From the NCBI GenBank assembly GCA_964645045.1, contig CAZXYZ010000009.1, forward strand, positions 1 through 27,196: a stretch of DNA of 27,196 nucleotides, in the 5' to 3' direction. The notes beneath the pieces were generated by a model. The model was not told the DNA's origin, did no database searches, and was given only the letters and a program-made list of their open reading frames with translations. Both the position numbers and the translations under genes were made by a program. Of this stretch, positions 24,801 to 27,196 are shown piece by piece; the first letter of the stretch is position 1; every line of letters starts with the position of its first letter. The DNA is from an uncultured Pirellulaceae bacterium (GTDB taxonomy: Bacteria; Planctomycetota; Planctomycetia; Pirellulales; Pirellulaceae).

Positions 24801-25748
24801 CAACGTCGTCGGGTAGATCCGCCGCACCGTGTCGAAACTGGTGATCCGCACATACCGTGCCTGGCGGGCGGGGAAGCCAACCGCCCACACGACCGGGGAC
24901 GCGCCGGTGTGGTGGGTCACGACGTCGAACTGCGTGCCGTCCAGGCTTACCGCCAACTCGCAATCCGTCATGCAGAACTCGGAGCCATACTGATACACGA
25001 TGGCTTGAGCGATCTCCAGCGGCCGGCCCAAATCCAATTGGCACCACTGGGGGAACGGAACATTCTTCGTTTGCCAGAAGGCGCCGCCTTCTGTCGTGCC
25101 GTCGACCAAATCGCCGGGCGCGCCCTTGTATTGGCTGGACACCGTCACCTTGGCACCGTAAGCCAAGCTGCGCGAGCGGCGCGGCCCCAGCAGCGCCAGC
25201 ACCTCGTCCGGCGGACGATCCGCGGGAACGCCGGCCCACCACTGCCGCCATTGCTCCGCCTGCAGCTTGCGTTGGGTGGGCAAGGCCGGCGCGTCGAACG
25301 GAAACTCCATGCCGGTCAAGTTCGTCAGGGCGACCCACGCCGATTGCCGGACGCTCCAATCTTCGTCGGCCAACATCTCGATCAGCGGCGCCACCGCCGC
25401 TCGTCCGCCGCACCACGCCAAGGCCATCACGGCGTTGCGGCGGACCGGTGTTTCGGCATCCCGCAAGCGTTCGACAAGCGCGGTTTCCGCGCGGTAGGCC
25501 CGCTGAAACCCCAACGCTTCCGCCGCCCACGCGCGGACGGCCGGCGAGGTATCCTCCAGCTGAGCGACGTGCTGCGTAACCTGCGCATCAAAGGGGCCGC
25601 TGCCGGGCGACGCCCCGGGAGCGTTGCGAACCGAGCTGAAGCACAAGGCCAACCAGACGATGCACGAGGCAACAATTCTACCGACCGGAGCGACGCCCGG
25701 TCCGCGGCACTTGTCCGCGACCTTTCGAGTCTGTGATGCCTTCGCCAT
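21810..25748 (-). CDS. Large (~1312 aa) secreted multidomain protein. Domains are HEAT repeats, an F5/8 type C (discoidin) domain, more HEAT repeats, a Pro/Ala/Ser linker, a TolB-like (PD40) beta-propeller, and a C-terminal single CxxCH heme-binding motif (PVC-type).
   Basis: Start chosen at ATG 25748 (MAKASQTRK...IVASCIVWLALCFSSV signal-like; AAGGAAAGGGA upstream). HEAT repeats include AVRAWAAEALG..ETPVRRNAVMALAW...DEDWSVRQSAWVAL and IYAAKALAWIGDRRAIGPL. Discoidin block GAKVTVSSQYKGAPGDLVDGT...YVRITS...YEIEVY. PD40-like repeats DGRQVIFTRR, LPDGRIVFGCSRVG, NADGSDIHTI, LLPDGRIAFSR. Terminal SCAGCHENPH. The 1185-aa plus-strand ORF 22179-25736 is an R/G/A/P shadow. Confidence 0.8.
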   Translation of the reverse strand: MAKASQTRKVADKCRGPGVAPVGRIVASCIVWLALCFSSVRNAPGASPGSGPFDAQVTQHVAQLEDTSPAVRAWAAEALGFQRAYRAETALVERLRDAETPVRRNAVMALAWCGGRAAVAPLIEMLADEDWSVRQSAWVALTNLTGMEFPFDAPALPTQRKLQAEQWRQWWAGVPADRPPDEVLALLGPRRSRSLAYGAKVTVSSQYKGAPGDLVDGTTEGGAFWQTKNVPFPQWCQLDLGRPLEIAQAIVYQYGSEFCMTDCELAVSLDGTQFDVVTHHTGASPVVWAVGFPARQARYVRITSFDTVRRIYPTTLYEIEVYAPGAELTIAAAPADERAWREERGARALGALGGIGAAAAVLNLLEPEPSAVPRDRVAVRTAIRALGRLRDEAGFQKLLTLLDRPLWARNAADALGEYGDRRAVPHLLAAYARYARRLDGTDPPDVPADDRMGFPSEDRMLETPYSIAMALCRLPLDAAEDQPTLRQLAPQIMANLPSDFDSYVVYEPEVYHRLTRHLVEQAGVRRDALEHAFERLGQPRAAAAVSDAEMWPVFPPRRIATWLPALCGEDANDDLPRLAALLQHDSGWVRIYAAKALAWIGDRRAIGPLARTLAESRAEADFGYSGRFKDEEYNDPCPRWREAIVRALGQLDAVEHTPQIVAVLNDERSVLEVRHAAAQALDELGDPAALAALQEAALRHPFLSVRNVARDALERREVRMEAAGHLPVVRGSPDPAPSATARSPESGRPAVGGFGEVRRPAPSAEGRPAPSEVPAPGFWPRADFDALVFVQGDNNIPNTLGTVEQADRWRQTYVVTDSGPEYRPGNNLYRLNPPRPDGQVTPLTSFPDGYVASPEISWDGRQVIFTRREQNDPWWHVWRIGADGSGLEQLTFGPYHHIQPAFLPDGRIVFGCSRVGIRDEYHGYPCTSLHVMNADGSDIHTIATNIGRDNEPALLPDGRIAFSRLEVFYSRNKTELTLHAVHADGTMDAVLYGPERRLFWRSLDHGAPGPDDGQEAPLTHRVLRMTQPQPMPDGRQIVVSTQGGLTLVGGRRDCETLLMPDFKTRAYTTPLPLADGSILCASTAKTPDRAQVDLGLYRFYPATGQLELIYNDPRTADYEPRPLVARQPPPTQPLLARRSGYTGRLVCASVYNTQEPQVPQRGRWVRLVEGTPVVGRHETHTGPDVVWRNHGGTLARVLGTAPLLPDGSFSVELPADRLVHFQVLDSDRRVVGNQLTWINVRPGEAKSCAGCHENPHTAPLAPGAQAALYPPLKLLPNGYEFRYRAKAWFKGSLPGDLEERTRTVHAVNLIAR
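23435..23565. repeat. Repetitive, hairpin-prone DNA within the linker-coding region of the large HEAT protein (tandem CGCTCGGCGCAGGTCTCC x2; GGTCTCC/GGAGACC copies in both orientations).
   Basis: CGCTCGGCGCAGGTCTCC occurs at about 23435-23452 and 23459-23476. AGGTCTCCcggattccgGAGACCT (about 23499-23523) is an 8-bp perfect inverted repeat. A further GGGAGACCC copy lies at about 23550. On the minus strand this encodes the RPAPSAEGRPAPSEVPAP low-complexity linker. Confidence 0.6.
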
Positions 25749-26316
25749 CGGAACTGATCCCTTTCCTTCGAGAGTCTCGCGGCCGCAATCCTCCGCTGTC
25801 CAGTCTCTGGCAGCCGCCGGCAATCATAACGTGGCTGCGCGTATCCTGCCACACGCTGACGGCCGAAAGCCCTCGCTGTGGCCGAAACCAAAGTCGTTTA
25901 ACGGCAAGCCGAAGGAGGACAATCAGGTACCTTGTGGATGGTTATTCTTGACGTGCCGCCTGGGGTTGGTCGCTACGATTCCCAAAAAATAGAAGAGGAC
26001 GTGTGCGAGCGGGTTCACGATCCGTCGTCCGCCACGGAAACAACTGTGTCGCCCGCAATTCCGGTTCAGTCGCGACATCTACGAAAACGAAAACAGCCAG
26101 TATCGAAATTGACATTTGGTTGATGGATGGCGGAACCCTACCTCTGTGCCGGGGTTGAAATGAGTAGGGATTTTCTGCGCGCATCGAACCTTTGGGTCCA
26201 GGATTCGAGGTGCAAGTTCGCTTTTGACGGACTATATTAACTGGTCGGTCCCGATTACTTAAGTCTTGCAGAGGCCGGACCCTCCGAGCCTCGCTGCCGC
26301 CAACAGAGGTGATACC

Positions 26317-27196
26317 GTGGTTCAATCGAACGGTTTGAAACGATCGTGCGGGGTCGTGTTATGCCTGACGTGGGTGCTGCCACTGTGGTTCGGGATCGGC
26401 CAATCCGCCTCGGCGGCAGACCCGTCGTTTGTCGGTGTTCTGGCCTTGGCGGTGGACAAGGACGTGGCCGACCGACTGGGATTGTCCAACGAGGCCCTTG
26501 GCCGCTTGCGACAACTGGTCAACGAGCGCGAGGACGCAGCGCTGGAGATTGTCCTGTCGATCAAGGATTTGCCGCCGATGGAGCAGATTGCGCGGCTGAC
26601 GCCTTTCGTGGAAGAGTCGGAACGGTTGGGATTTGCCCTGCTGACCGTCGCCCAGCGAGAGAAACTGCGACAAATCCGGTTGGCCCGCGAGGGGATGAGC
26701 GCGCTGGCCGAGCCCGGACTGTCGGAATCGCTCAATTTGTCCGTCGAACAAAAGGCGGCCGTCCAACAGTTGTTGGCTCAGCGGGCTGGGGATCTGACCA
26801 AGGGCGGTGAGAGCGAGCGGCGGATCACACGCGCGGTGTACGAACGCAAGCTGGCGTCGATTCTGAACGAATCGCAGCGGGCGACATGGGAGACACTGTC
26901 TGGGCTGTCGGACGCGCCGACGAACGCGCCCAACGGGCCGATTGCCACCACCAAGCCAGAAGACGCAAAGGTATCTGCGAGCGAGGCCGAAAAGCCCGCC
27001 ATGACTCCGTCGGCTGCCAGCGCGGTGGAAGCGGCGCAACCTGCGGCGACACCACCGGCTGCGGTGACCAGCGAAGCCGAAAAGCCGGCCCTAACCACGC
27101 CGGCAGCCACCACGGCGGAAGTCGAGAAACCGGCGGTGATGCCACCGGCTGCGGTGACCAGCGAAGCCGAAAAGCCGGCCCTAACCACGCCGGCAG
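26317..27196 (+). CDS. Secreted LTXXQ-motif (CpxP/Spy-like) periplasmic protein with a C-terminal Ala/Pro/Thr/Glu-rich tandem-repeat tail. Partial: it runs off the 3' end of the window.
   Basis: The ORF is absent from the ORF track because it has no in-window stop. The frame is open from GTG 26317 (AGAGGTGA RBS 4 nt upstream) to the window end. Signal peptide VVQSNGLKRSCGVVLCLTWVLPLWFGIGQSASAA. Repeated LTXXQ-type helices (LTVAQREKLRQI, LSVEQKAAVQQLL, LNESQRATW). Three overlapping minus-strand ORFs (26359-27039, 26778-27188, 26825-27145) are low-complexity shadows. Confidence 0.6.
   Translation, partial: MVQSNGLKRSCGVVLCLTWVLPLWFGIGQSASAADPSFVGVLALAVDKDVADRLGLSNEALGRLRQLVNEREDAALEIVLSIKDLPPMEQIARLTPFVEESERLGFALLTVAQREKLRQIRLAREGMSALAEPGLSESLNLSVEQKAAVQQLLAQRAGDLTKGGESERRITRAVYERKLASILNESQRATWETLSGLSDAPTNAPNGPIATTKPEDAKVSASEAEKPAMTPSAASAVEAAQPAATPPAAVTSEAEKPALTTPAATTAEVEKPAVMPPAAVTSEAEKPALTTPA
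26975..27196 (+). repeat. 90-nt (30-codon) tandem repeat inside the LTXXQ gene tail (unit 27052-27141 is repeated from 27142; a degenerate earlier copy lies at about 26975-27050).
   Basis: CCACCGGCTGCGGTGACCAGCGAAGCCGAAAAGCCGGCCCTAACCACGCCGGCAG occurs identically at 27052-27106 and 27142-27196. It encodes PPAAVTSEAEKPALTTPAATTAEVEKPAVM repeats. Confidence 0.7.

Noticed and set aside
22179-25736. 1185-aa plus-strand ORF
   Set aside because: It is antisense to the HEAT/discoidin/TolB protein and its composition is dominated by R/G/A/P. It has no domain-like motifs and is a typical high-GC shadow ORF.
25942-26325. 127-aa minus-strand ORF and 122-aa plus-strand ORF in the divergent spacer
   Set aside because: There is no RBS, and the low-complexity, R-rich translations lie in an AT-richer intergenic region that more plausibly holds promoters. 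A GGAAC...GTTGAAA ECF-like motif was seen here but is too weak to call.
1-27196. CRISPR arrays, rRNA, integrase or transposase genes
   Set aside because: No spacer-repeat periodicity, rRNA-like sequence or recombinase motif was found anywhere in the window. The mobile character of the TA regions is inferred only from composition, repeats and the tRNA context.

Overview
This is a high-GC, gene-dense window with a Planctomycetota-type gene set, probably from a Pirellulales-like genome. The supporting content is a giant dockerin-bearing surface protein with the planctomycete N-terminal 'RRL..E.LE.R..L' motif, a Tat-signal Gfo/Idh/MocA oxidoreductase, a BBP7-like outer-membrane barrel, a sulfatase remnant, an LRR lipoprotein, and a large HEAT/discoidin/TolB-propeller protein ending in a single CxxCH heme motif. 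Core-looking genes are the giant surface protein (114-6551, -), a COG1233-type FAD oxidoreductase (9641-11263, +), a ThiH-like radical-SAM tyrosine-lyase homolog (11484-12854, +), an LRR lipoprotein, a small HEAT protein and Gfo/Idh/MocA (-), a BBP7-like porin (+), an SPFH/band-7 protein (+), the 1312-aa HEAT/F5-8C/TolB/CxxCH protein (-), and a partial LTXXQ (CpxP/Spy-like) periplasmic protein with 30-aa tandem repeats that runs off the 3' end. The accessory content is what stands out. A lower-GC toxin-antitoxin islet lies at about 7.1-9.6 kb. It carries higBA and brnTA, each with its own sigma70-like promoter, plus a three-copy 14-15 nt motif array and a truncated signal-peptide ORF. Two 202-nt direct repeats (about 90% identical, no indels) sit one on each side of brnTA, and their first half shows a coding-like substitution pattern. 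A third TA pair (parDE-like, with a palindromic operator) sits at 19.2-19.8 kb, immediately upstream of a tRNA-Cys(GCA) gene and a second, apparently degenerate tRNA-like sequence. That arrangement reads as a decayed integration hotspot with no surviving integrase. Other structural features are a perfect 24-bp-stem terminator, an about 76-nt nested hairpin in the oxidoreductase/thiH-like spacer, dyad elements upstream of the sulfatase remnant, and repetitive hairpin-forming DNA encoding a Pro/Ala linker. Most long ORFs antisense to these genes are high-GC shadow ORFs and were rejected. No CRISPR array, rRNA, integrase or transposase is recognisable.
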